Of a stretch of DNA of 64,000 nt, positions 53,870 to 64,000 are shown piece after piece. The notes under the pieces were generated by a model. It was given only the letters and a program-made list of their open reading frames with translations, was not told the DNA's origin and did no database searches. The translations under genes and the position numbers were made by a program. The DNA comes from Callorhinchus milii (taxonomy: Eukaryota), in the NCBI RefSeq assembly GCF_018977255.1, contig NW_024704743.1, positions 102,860,001 through 102,924,000 on the forward strand. Direction: 5' to 3'. Numbering within the stretch: position 1 is the stretch's first letter; every line of letters starts with the position of its first letter.

Positions 53870-55660
53870 TAAACATATAAAGAATAAAAGGATGGTCAAA
53901 AGGTAGGGCTATTCGGGACCAAAAAGGAAAATTTCTTGTGGAGGCAGAGGACATGACTGAGGTACTGAATGAGCAATTTGCATCTCTTTTCACAAACAGG
54001 ATGTTGCCAATCTCACAGTAAAGTAGGAGGGGGTAGAGAAATTGGATAGTATAAAAATATTTAGAGGAGGTACTTAAATGGTTAGCAGCGCTCATAGTAG
54101 AAAAGTCACCCAGTCCAGATGGGATGGATCCTAGATTGCTGACGGAAGTTAGGGTGGAAATAGCAGAGGCTCTGGTCACAATCTTTCAATCCTCCTTGGA
54201 TATGGGAGTAGTGCCTGAAGACTAGAGGGTTGCAAATGTTCCACCCCTGTTCAAAAAAGGGGAGAGGGATACATCCGGTAACTGCAGGCCAATCTACCTA
54301 ATATCGGTGGTGAGGAAATTTCTAGAGGCCATAATCCAGAACAAAATTTAATTTCACTTAGAAAAACATAAGTTAATTAATGACAGTGAATGCAGATTTG
54401 TTGAAGGCAAATTGTGTCTGACAAACTTAATTGAGTTATTTGATGATATAACGTAGAGGACTGATGATGGTAATGGAGTTGATGTAGTGTATATGGACTT
54501 TCAGAATGTGTTTGATACGATACCACATAAAAGACTAGTTGGCAAAATTGAAGCCTAAGGGTTAAAAGGGATAAAGGCAGCATGGATATTAAATTGGCTG
54601 GAAAACAGAAAACAGAGGGTAGTTGTGAATGTTTATTTTTCAGACTGGAGGGAAGTATACAGTGCTGTACCCCAGGGGTCAGTATTAGGTCAACTGCTCT
54701 TTTTGATGTCTAAATGACTTGGACTTGGGTATAGAAAACAACATTTTAAAGTTTGCAGATGACACAAAACTTGAGAATTTGGTAAGCAGTGAGGTGGATG
54801 GTAGCAGACTGCAGGAGGACACAGACAAACTAGTGAAATGGGCAGACACATGGCAGATGAAGTTTAATGCAGAGAAGTGTGACGTGATGCATTTTGGGAG
54901 GAAGAATGAGGAGAGGCAATATACAATAAATGGTACAGTTTTAAAGGGGGTACAGGAGCAGGGTCCTGGGAGTTCACATACACAGGTATTTGAAGGTAGC
55001 AGGACAGGTTGATAGAGCTATTAAAAAAACATATGGGATCCTTAGATTTATAAATAGAGACATAGAATACAAAAGCAAGGACATTCTGCTAAACTTTTAT
55101 AAGTCAATAATTAGGCCTCAGCTGAGAATTGTGTCCAATTCTGGGCACCACACGTTAGGAAGGATATCAAAGACTTGGAGATGGTGCAGAGGAGATTTAC
55201 CAGAATGGTACCAGGGATGATGAGGAACGTTAGTTATATGGAGAAACTAGAGAAGCTGGGATTATTCTCGTTAGAGCAGAGAAGGTTAATGGGAGATTTA
55301 ATAAAGGTGTTCAAAATGATGAAAGGTTTTGAAAGACCATATAGGGAGAAACTGTTTCCACTGGCAGGTGGGTCGGTAGCCAGGAGACATCGATTCAGGA
55401 TAGTTGACAAAAAAAGCAGTGGGGAGATGAGTAGAAAATTTTTCCACAACGAGTTGTTATGGTCTGGAATGCATTGCCTGAAAGGGTGGTGGAAAACAGA
55501 TTCAATACAACTTTCAAAAGCGAATTGGCTAGGTACTTGAAGAGGAAAAATTTGCAAGGATATGGGGAAAGAGTAGGGTAGGGGGCCTGATTGGGTAGCT
55601 CTTCCAGTACAATGGGCAGAATGGCCTCCTTCTGTGCTGCAAGATTCTATGATTCTATGA
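53870..55660 (+). mobile_element. CR1 LINE 3' 1.8 kb, frameshifted RT
   Basis: ILKFADDTKL, WQMKFNAEKC, VQRRFTRMVPG; ccccaggggtcagtattagg (PQGSVLG); tail gattctatgattctatga. Confidence 0.93.
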
Positions 55661-56274
55661 ATAATTCTTGTATTTGATATACTGTGTTTCACAATGGGAG
55701 GACCTCAAAAGCACTTCACAGAATTCAGTATAAACTGTACTGACTGTGTGTTTTTGTAGGCAAAATATGGCAGCCAACATGCACACAGCAAAATCCCACA
55801 ACAAAATGTAGTGAATAATCAATAAATATAAACAAAAACCACGAGTACCAAGTTTTTAAATCCAAAAAAATGCTACATGTTGACAACTAGACTGCGAAGG
55901 GAGACACAGATCTGAACATTTTACATGTAAAAGGCTTCAAATTCATTAAGCATTGATAAATGTCCAATTCATATCTGAGATATGCTCAAAGAAGTAGCCT
56001 TTCAGCTATAAAAAAATACAGATGTGCTATCTTGCAATCTGATTCCACATACCTTGACATGAGTGATTTCTGATGATAAAACCACTTAAGGCTATAACAG
56101 GAATGTTGAGATAATTCTATTTCAGAAATGTCCATCTATCCATTCTAGGAACTGGTTATGCAATGGATTGAGGTTTGTTCTAAATTTAGTATAGAACCTC
56201 AGTAATACGGGCGAGTTTTTGCACTTTTCTGTATCATCAAGTATTGCCTCGGGAAATTCGAAAATGCACCAAAT

Positions 56275-56742
56275 AGACCTCTGTCAGCTTGACCTCGTTG
56301 GTTACATTCTCACCTCTAATTTAGAATGTAAAGGTTCAAGCCCCAGAACTTTGAACTCACCAAGTCCAAGGTGACACTCCAGTGCAGTCCTGGGGATGTG
56401 TTGCATTGTCAGATGTGTCATCCTTCAGAGGAGACATTTAATCAAAGTACCACCTGCCCAAATGGACATTAAAAGATCCCATCCCACTATTTGAAAATAA
56501 AAGGGAATTTCTCCCGGTGTCTTGGGCAACAACCTCCCCCCACCACCCTCCAAATAAAATTAGTCATTCACTTCATGGATGTTTGTGGAACATGTATCAC
56601 ATTTGCCACAAATACATAGTACTACTCTGTACACTACATGCAGGGATGCAAATGAAAGGATTATTATTATTACATCTTGTCAAGCGCTTTGAGATGTCCT
56701 CTTGATGTAAAAGGTGATGTACCAAATGCAAGGATTATAATA
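56275..56742 (+). mobile_element. Older Deu SINE, near full length
   Basis: Head, core and rearranged tail. Confidence 0.75.
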
Positions 56743-56777
56743 CCAAGATTGGTAGACACCATAATTCATTGAAGGGT

Positions 56778-57180
56778 TAACAACAACAACAAAATTACAT
56801 TTATAGAGCACCTTTCATGTTGGGAGGATGTCCCAAAACGCTGAACAGTCAGATGTCGGGGCCCGATCATGGGGAAGGGATGGTGTAGGAGTGAGGGAAG
56901 GCAGAGAGGTGGGAGGGAGACCAAAGGCACAGTCGAAGAGAAGGGTCTTGAGACCGGCCTTGAAGGAGGCAAGGTAGGAAGCGAGGCGAAGGGACCGTGG
57001 GATGGAGTTACAGAGTGTGGGGGCAGAGAGGCTGAAAGCCCGGCAACCAATGGTAGGGTAGATCGGGCGGGAGACATGGAGCAGGCCAGAGCCTGATGAG
57101 TGGAGCGAGTGGGCAGGTTGGTAGGGAGTCAGCAGGTCAGAAAGGTAAGAGGGGGCATGGCCATCGATGACCTTAAAGGT
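56778..57180 (-). mobile_element. L2 3' end
   Basis: (aac)n tail; gtcgaagagaagggtcttgagaccggccttgaagg matches 37528-37562. Confidence 0.88.
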
Positions 57181-58554
57181 TAAGCAACAAATTTGAGAGA
57201 TTTATCTTTCTTATTTATATCAGCCGAGACTCTCTCAAGAAGCTAATACAAATGCACACTTTTTAAATGGAAATATTAATTTGGGATATAATTAATATAA
57301 GGTATCCCCATAGCAACAGTGCCACAAAAAAATCTTTTTCAAAAGAAAAACATTCACAAAGGTTGACAATATAACAATTCCGTCAGGGATAATGATCCCC
57401 AGATATATTATTCTTTCAGATGATCGGATAAAGGGGAGGTCAAAAGCATAAAACAGAAAGCACATTGAAACAGTTGTTGGCTTGGAGTTGCTTATTTTAA
57501 TTTTCTATCCAGGTAATTTTGCTGAATGCAATAATAAACTGAAGCATATGATATGTAGTTCTTGATACAAACAGTATTTTCTATTGCTGCATGCTAACTG
57601 CTGGTAGTTAGAGGACCATCACCTCAGGCTCTTTTAAATTGAGAAGATAAACAATCCCTTGCTCCAAGTGATGGGCAATTTAAAGTGGAATTGATAGATG
57701 TAAAATATAAGCGTAGAAAATAAGATTTGAAAGTCACAACTGTAAGTCTGAATTCCAAAACGAAGGGGCATAAGTATAAGATAGTCAGTTGCACACCTAA
57801 AGGGAGTTTAGATGGAACTTCATGTCGAGGGTGGTGAGAATGTAGAATTTGTCGCAAGGAGATGTGATTGAAGCAAAAATCATAAATGTATTTAATGGGA
57901 AACAATACATGCATTTTTTAAAGTTACAAACTGTAAATTTTAAATAATCTTGGTACAAGTGTGGGAACAAAATTGATATTAATACACAAGATTATTGATG
58001 AAGAATCATTAATGTTAACAGAGACACGTTAACAGCAATTCCACAATCAGAGAAAATAGTCAGATTTACTAAAATGCACAGTATGTTTGAAAAATGCACA
58101 ATCAATGTTAAATTTTGCTGTTCTACAGATCAATAGTACACACAAAAAATACAGGGATCAATATAGTCTGATTAACTTTTAAGTCTCGGTTAGAGCTAAT
58201 TTGCAAACAAATCTTTCTTTTGCTTCACATTCTTTCCACAGAAAAAGTGCACAACAATAATTGTTTTCAATTGATGCCCATTTTAACTTCATCTGAATTG
58301 TGTTGATGTCATTAGTTGATTTCTATTGTTACTGAAGGGCCAGCACTCTCTTTTATAACATTGAAAGAAAACGAAAAAATGTGTGTCACTAAATTCAATG
58401 TCTGTACTCAATTGTGCAACACCCCACCACCACTACCACCAAGTTTAATACTTCTCAAGGCTTGATGCTACTTGAATCAGCTTGCAACAGGCTTTTACTT
58501 ATGAGACTGAGGTAACGTCGTGTATCATTCTCAAGTAATTCACGTGTACAAAAT

Positions 58555-58927
58555 AATGAGGGTTTTGACAAGGTGAATATGGAGAAGGTATACTTCCACT
58601 AGTAGTGGAATCAGTGACTAGGGAACATAAGTATAAGATAATCACAAGAAGAACAAATGGAGAGCTAGGGAGAATTTTTTTTCACTCAATGAGTTGTTGG
58701 GATGTGGAATGCCCTGACAAGTAAGGTAATAGAGGCAGTCGACAGTCTAGTGTGGGGATCAAGAGGGAAGTAGACATCTATGTGAAAGATAGAGACTGAA
58801 ATTGTATAGGGATAAGGAAAAGCAGTGGGACTGAATGAACAACTTGCTCTGAAAGCTGATGTAGACTTAATAGGCTGAATAGCCTCTCTCTGCACTGTAA
58901 ATTGCTATAATTTTACGATTCTATGAT
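58555..58927 (+). mobile_element. CR1 3' fragment
   Basis: gagggttttgacaaggt...gatgtggaatgccctg...attctatga. Confidence 0.75.
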
Positions 58928-59494
58928 AGTCACAATTTACAATAGGTGGAAATTAAATGTGTTAAAATAATTAAAATGATAACCAATAATAAGTCATTCT
59001 TGTGTTTGATACAATACAGCCTGTCACAAACTAGCTCAATTCTCTTAAGAAGGTGATGTAATTAAGGTCAAAATTTCCCCCAAATATTTACGACAAAATT
59101 AGTCCAAGAGGGTTGCTTTTTCTGCCATCAGTAAAAGTAGCACATGAATAATGACAGAGAGCAACAAGCAGAGTTGCAGTGATTAAGAAATGTTGTATAT
59201 TTAAAATTGGAAGCAGCAAGATTGCTGTCGGCCCAAGTGGTTCACAGTTGTTAGTGGAACCACTGTGGAAAACATCAATTAAGGCACTTAATATGCCAAT
59301 TGAGCTGGGAAAGCTATAATTTTCTTTGTCTTCTGAGGTTTACTTCACATAGCGGGATTTCATCACCATAGCACACACATCTTGGTCCATTTACTGCCCT
59401 TGCCAGTGTGAAGTTGCAATATACTGTAGTGGTCATAGAGGTCATCCAAAGGAGATCACCAAGGGAGAGGTGATCTACTTTGGATGCGAAATGA

Positions 59495-59838
59495 ATTGAG
59501 GTCTTGTCTTCCTGTTCAAATGGATGTTCAAGATCCTGTAGCATTATATGAAAAGTGAATGGAGTTTCTCCTGGTATCCTGGCCACTAATCCCTCAAATA
59601 ACGTGTCACTCATAAGCGCTTTGAGACATCTTGAAGATGTGATAAGCGGCTATATCAAATGCAAGAATTATTATTATTGTTATTATAATATTGGTCATTC
59701 ACTCCATGGCTGTGGGACATTGCTGGGCTGTGCATGAATGTGCTGTCGCGTGTGGGAGAAACACCCTTCCCTTTACAGTGAATCCTATGAAGAACTTCTG
59801 ATATGAAAGGCGCTATTTTAAGTACAATTATTATTATA
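59495..59838 (+). mobile_element. Deu SINE fragments, nested
   Basis: ggatgttcaagatcc core and two tails. Confidence 0.65.
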
Positions 59839-60419
59839 ATTTTGCAATCATTTCAAACAAATTTCCAAAAAATCATCTTTGGACTGGTTTACTCATTTTA
59901 AGGACTTTTACATTGATATGATTCTGCTTTCTGATTGATGACACACACACACAAAAAATAATTTTTTGAACAATTTGATTGTCACAAGAAACAGCACGGA
60001 GTGCAGATTTGTTTACGCATTTTTAAAATAATATCAGTTTGACTAAAAGTCCATCTGGTGATGGAATTGAATTAATTGTGAGCAGCACATTTTTTCATTT
60101 TATTACAATAGATGGTTTCCTTTCACTCACACGCTATCCACTTAACATTTGAAGACTGGTGACAGGTTATATTAGCTGTCAACCCACATTAAGCTCTGTC
60201 CACTACATCACAAAAATAAGAAGCACGCAGAACATTTCAATTAATTAGAATGTTTCCGAAATTGAGCAATAAGACATGTTGTTCTATTGCCCAACACATG
60301 GCTATATTTATCCTAATGAGTTAGTTAGGAAGATGTTTGTTACTGTATTGCAGACAGCTAGGATTTTAATACAGAAATTATGCAGATCCTTTCAAGTATT
60401 TTAGCATTATTTAAAACAT

Positions 60420-60712
60420 AGTATTACATAGTTACATAGGATGATAAAGCACAGAAACGTCACACGAGCCCTCACTTCTCCTATGCCTTCCTTCTGCACA
60501 CCTCTATTTCCTTTTCCCTCATTCATGCATCAATACAATGACCCTTTCTGCTTCAATTAAATCTTCCAGAAATTATTTTCACATTCTCACCACCCTCTGC
60601 ATGAAATAGTTCCTCCTAAACTCACCCTAATTTGATGGAGCAACTAACAAGTGGAAACAGCCTATTAAGAACTACCTCATTGAATTTTTTCATAATCTTA
60701 AACACCTATATT
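60420..60712 (-). mobile_element. CR1 3' fragment, degenerate
   Basis: cacattctcaccaccctctgcatgaaatagttcctcct; aagtggaaacag. Confidence 0.65.
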
Positions 60713-61054
60713 CAGGTACAATTTTGTTTTACCTTTTATTGTATGAACTGCAACAAAACAGTAAAGCACTGCCAAAATGTAATTAAACCTTATGGTGAAT
60801 CCGGTTTGTGTGTGTGTGAGGGTGGTGGGGGGGGAGGAATTTATTTAAGCTATTTTTCTTTGGTATATTCTATTAAATCGACCTTTTTAACAATACACAG
60901 ATTACTCCTTGCATTATTTTTGGTACAGTTCCTTTCAGGTCGGTCAGGAGGATGAAACTAAATTACCAATTTTAACCAAATGTAACTCCTATTTTGCAAG
61001 AAAAAATTTCCAGCAGGGCATTTCCTTGGGGTTGACCTGGCTCCAAGGTGACAA

Positions 61055-61677
61055 GAATACAAAGAGGAAGAAATGATGCTTCAGCTGTATAGACCATTAG
61101 TCAGACCCCATCTGCAGTACTGCATTCAGTTTGGGGCACCACACCTCAGGAAAGATATATTGGCCCTGGAGAGGATGCAGCGCAGGTTCACCAGAATGTT
61201 AGCAGGCCTAAAAGGATTAAGTTATGAGGAAAGGCTGCGTAAACTTAAATTATATTCCCTTAGAAAGTTGAGGGGTGATTTGATTGAGGTATTTAAGATA
61301 ATAAAGAGATTTGATATGGCAGACAGAGTAGATATAGATATGTCCTCTGGTGGAGGAATCCAAAACAAGGGGTTATAGTCTTAAAGTTAGAACTAGCCTT
61401 TTAAGAGTGAAATCAGGAAGCATTTTTCTCTCAAATTGTGGTAGAAATCTGGAATTCTCTCCCCCAAAAGGTCGTGGATGCTGGATCCATCCACACTTTC
61501 AAGAGTGAGATTGATAGATGTTTGGTAGGTCAGGGTATTAAGGAATTATTAAGGAATATGGGGAGAAAGCAGGAAATTGGAATTGAAAGGATTAGTTGAG
61601 GTACAGATCAGCCATGATCTAATTAAATGGCGGAACAGGCTCGAAGGGCTGAATGGCCTACTCCTATTCCTATGTTC
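61055..61677 (+). mobile_element. CR1 3' fragment
   Basis: ORF 61073..61378 LYRPLVRPHLQYCIQF...ERMQRRFTRML...LRGDLIEVFKI; 3' end gggctgaatggcctactcctattcctatgttcc. Confidence 0.9.
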
Positions 61678-62659
61678 CAATCTATACCTGATACTCTCTG
61701 GAATTAGGTATGCAGAGTACATCCCTCTCGGGATTCCATTCCAGAGGGAAATTTCCACATTTAGGTGCATTGGATATGTGGAACTCTGTCTGGTTTTGAT
61801 ACTCGTAAGCATGGTGATGGGTTTTCTCATTTGTCAGACATCCGACTAACAAAAAAAAATTAAATGTTCTTAATGCATCAGTGGTCTCAGTTTCAGCAGC
61901 GACAGGTAGCTAATGTTCTAATAACCTGCTGTTGAAGAAAGATTTCTTCTAACCTCTCCTGTAATTCTAAATCGGAGAAACGTCAACCTTTGCCCCTTGA
62001 TACTCATTGTATTTGTCATGTGACAAATTTTGCTCCTTTTGCTAACTTTAGCAAAATTATTACGGTGGACTTATTATTAACCAATGTGACATTCTAAATG
62101 ATAAATACAATTGAATTCTAACTACAACATTTAATTGCAACTATTTACAACTAAACATTTAGCAAATAGGAAAACGGGCACAACTATAGACAAATTTGCT
62201 ACATTTAGTTAATGGAGCAGAATAACTCCTCATGAGTGAAATTGAAGTAGCTTAAAGTGCTCAGATCCCGAGTTTGTACCGCTGTCTGCATTACTCCATG
62301 TTTAGTGTAACTTATTAATATATTTGCCACCTTTTTTACTGTGTTAGTTATGGGTGGTTAGGATGAAGCACAGCTTATTGGGTCTGTCTTGTTTGATATA
62401 TCCTGCAGAGATGTCTTTACTATTGTGTATGATATAGCTGTTTGCATACTGCAGTGGGATTATGTAAGGATTCTCAGGCCTGAGCTCAAAATCTACCTAG
62501 CCTTAGACTGGAAGACCATTGTGTCAGTAAGTTTCATAATGTGCAGAATTGTGGAAAATTCTTAAATTTAGTCTTAATTTCGAAGTCAGTTTTTTAGAAA
62601 ATATTGGAATCATGCCTGTGAACTAAATCCTGCAATATCATGATACAGTCTATGAACTA

Positions 62660-62828
62660 ATAATGCATTAAAAGGAAACTTGATGCACATATGAGAGAGA
62701 AGGGAATAGAAGGCTATAGGAGATGTGAATATGAGGGCTGAGGGCTTGTGTGCAGTATAAAAAACAACAGAGTCGATAGACTAAATGATCTGTTTTGGTG
62801 TTGTAACATTCTATAAAATTCAATGTAA
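62660..62828 (+). mobile_element. CR1 3' end, degenerate
   Basis: gagagagaagggaatagaaggctataggaga matches 36080-36105 and 42260-42290. Confidence 0.65.
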
Positions 62829-63581
62829 GTTAGGATCACAGGCATGAAATTCCATTGGGTTTAAGCTTAAAACCATTTTCTTAGAAATTTAAGATTGTGG
62901 GAAATTTTTTAATTGAGTCTTGAAATGGAAGTTCACTTTCTGCAGTTCTATCGAAGAGTTGTCAGAAATTGGCAATTTGAAGTGATTTTTTAAAAAAAAT
63001 GTAATAAAGCACAACTTGGATTTTAAAACAATAGTCTTAAATCCAGCAACATGCGAATAATTGGGCTCCAGAAATTCCTATCTAATTCCCCAGATCATTC
63101 TATAGAGTGAAATATGTTATACTTAAAGTGCTGGTGATATCTTGTGGCAAAATGCCAATACTGCAGCAAGCTTTGTCACATGAATGAGCTGCCTAGTATG
63201 GATAGCTTGAATCCTTTCTATGACATCCCAGTGTAATGTATCTACTCAGCACAATGAGACATGTATAGTTAGAATGAATCCTAGCTGAACACTCTGTGAC
63301 CCTACCCTGTATGAGGGGCGCAATATGAATGCACGTTGTTGTGAAACCTTTAAGCATAGGGATGGGTTGGCATATATGTCAAATACACTCAGCAGGCCAA
63401 AATAAATTACTGTCATTTGTTCTCATTACAGCGAACAGCAAACTTTCCACAAAAATCCCTAGAAATCATTTTAGCTTCTATTACACTTCATTAATTCTTG
63501 AAAAACAATCCATTTCCTGTTATTTTATAAACTTAGTTCTCATTAGCCGACTTTAAACAACACAAAATCACCTACACTTTA

Positions 63582-63785
63582 ATAATAATATTTCCTGCAT
63601 TTGATATAAACGCTTTATTACTTCATCGAGATGTCTCAAAGCCCTTCACAGGTTATACTGGAGAGTGGATTGACTGTATATTTTTGAGTGTGGAACTTTA
63701 CAGTAAATCATGTGAAGCTCTTTGAGATGTCTTCCCAACATGAAAGGTCCTATATCAAATCAAGGATTATTGCTCTAATAATGTT
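63582..63785. mobile_element. Two divergent SINE tail fragments
   Basis: Minus tail 63582-63688, plus tail 63695-63785. Confidence 0.65.
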
Positions 63786-64000
63786 ATAAATTGACCATTT
63801 TGTAGTAACCATATTTATAACAACAACAATATTTTAAGAACTGTAATGGCCAAAGGGAATAAGGATCAGACGATAAAAATTTCACCAAGGTCCATAATTA
63901 AGAATTAACAACTTAGACTGTGCAAATTTCAGCCAAATCTTAAATTTTAGGAATTACAGAAAAATGGCTTTGAATTTCAGATTGAAATTATAGATTGCAT

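Noticed and set aside
39960..64000. Expected upstream CSMD3 exon (end of preceding CUB, ...GFKVNYK-like)
   Set aside because: Not found by eye; probably beyond the window, implying an intron over 24 kb. TBLASTN would confirm.

Overview
AT-rich vertebrate genomic DNA. The repeat content (abundant L2 and CR1 LINEs, tRNA-headed Deu-domain SINEs) suggests a cartilaginous fish, probably a chimaera; this is an inference. The window lies entirely inside one large minus-strand gene, CSMD3 (CUB and sushi multiple domains 3). Ten internal coding exons (39959 down to 1955) have canonical AG/GT sites and compatible phases. They total 1913 nt (about 637 codons) and encode sushi-CUB-sushi-CUB-sushi-CUB-sushi plus the first half of another CUB. 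The flanking exons lie outside the window. The introns hold L2 and CR1 fragments, old and young SINE subfamilies, hAT/Charlie-like non-autonomous elements and one recurrent repeat family I cannot name. The best leads are unannotated-looking splice modules at CUB/sushi boundaries: a 27-nt in-frame microexon plus a 76-nt stop-containing exon at 24029-24215, an 84-nt in-frame repeat-derived cassette, a stop-introducing alternative donor and a 30-nt candidate. Also notable are two long fold-back palindromes in one intron and a SINE 3' stem-loop whose loop matches the youngest L2. All splice candidates are sequence-only predictions and need RNA evidence.
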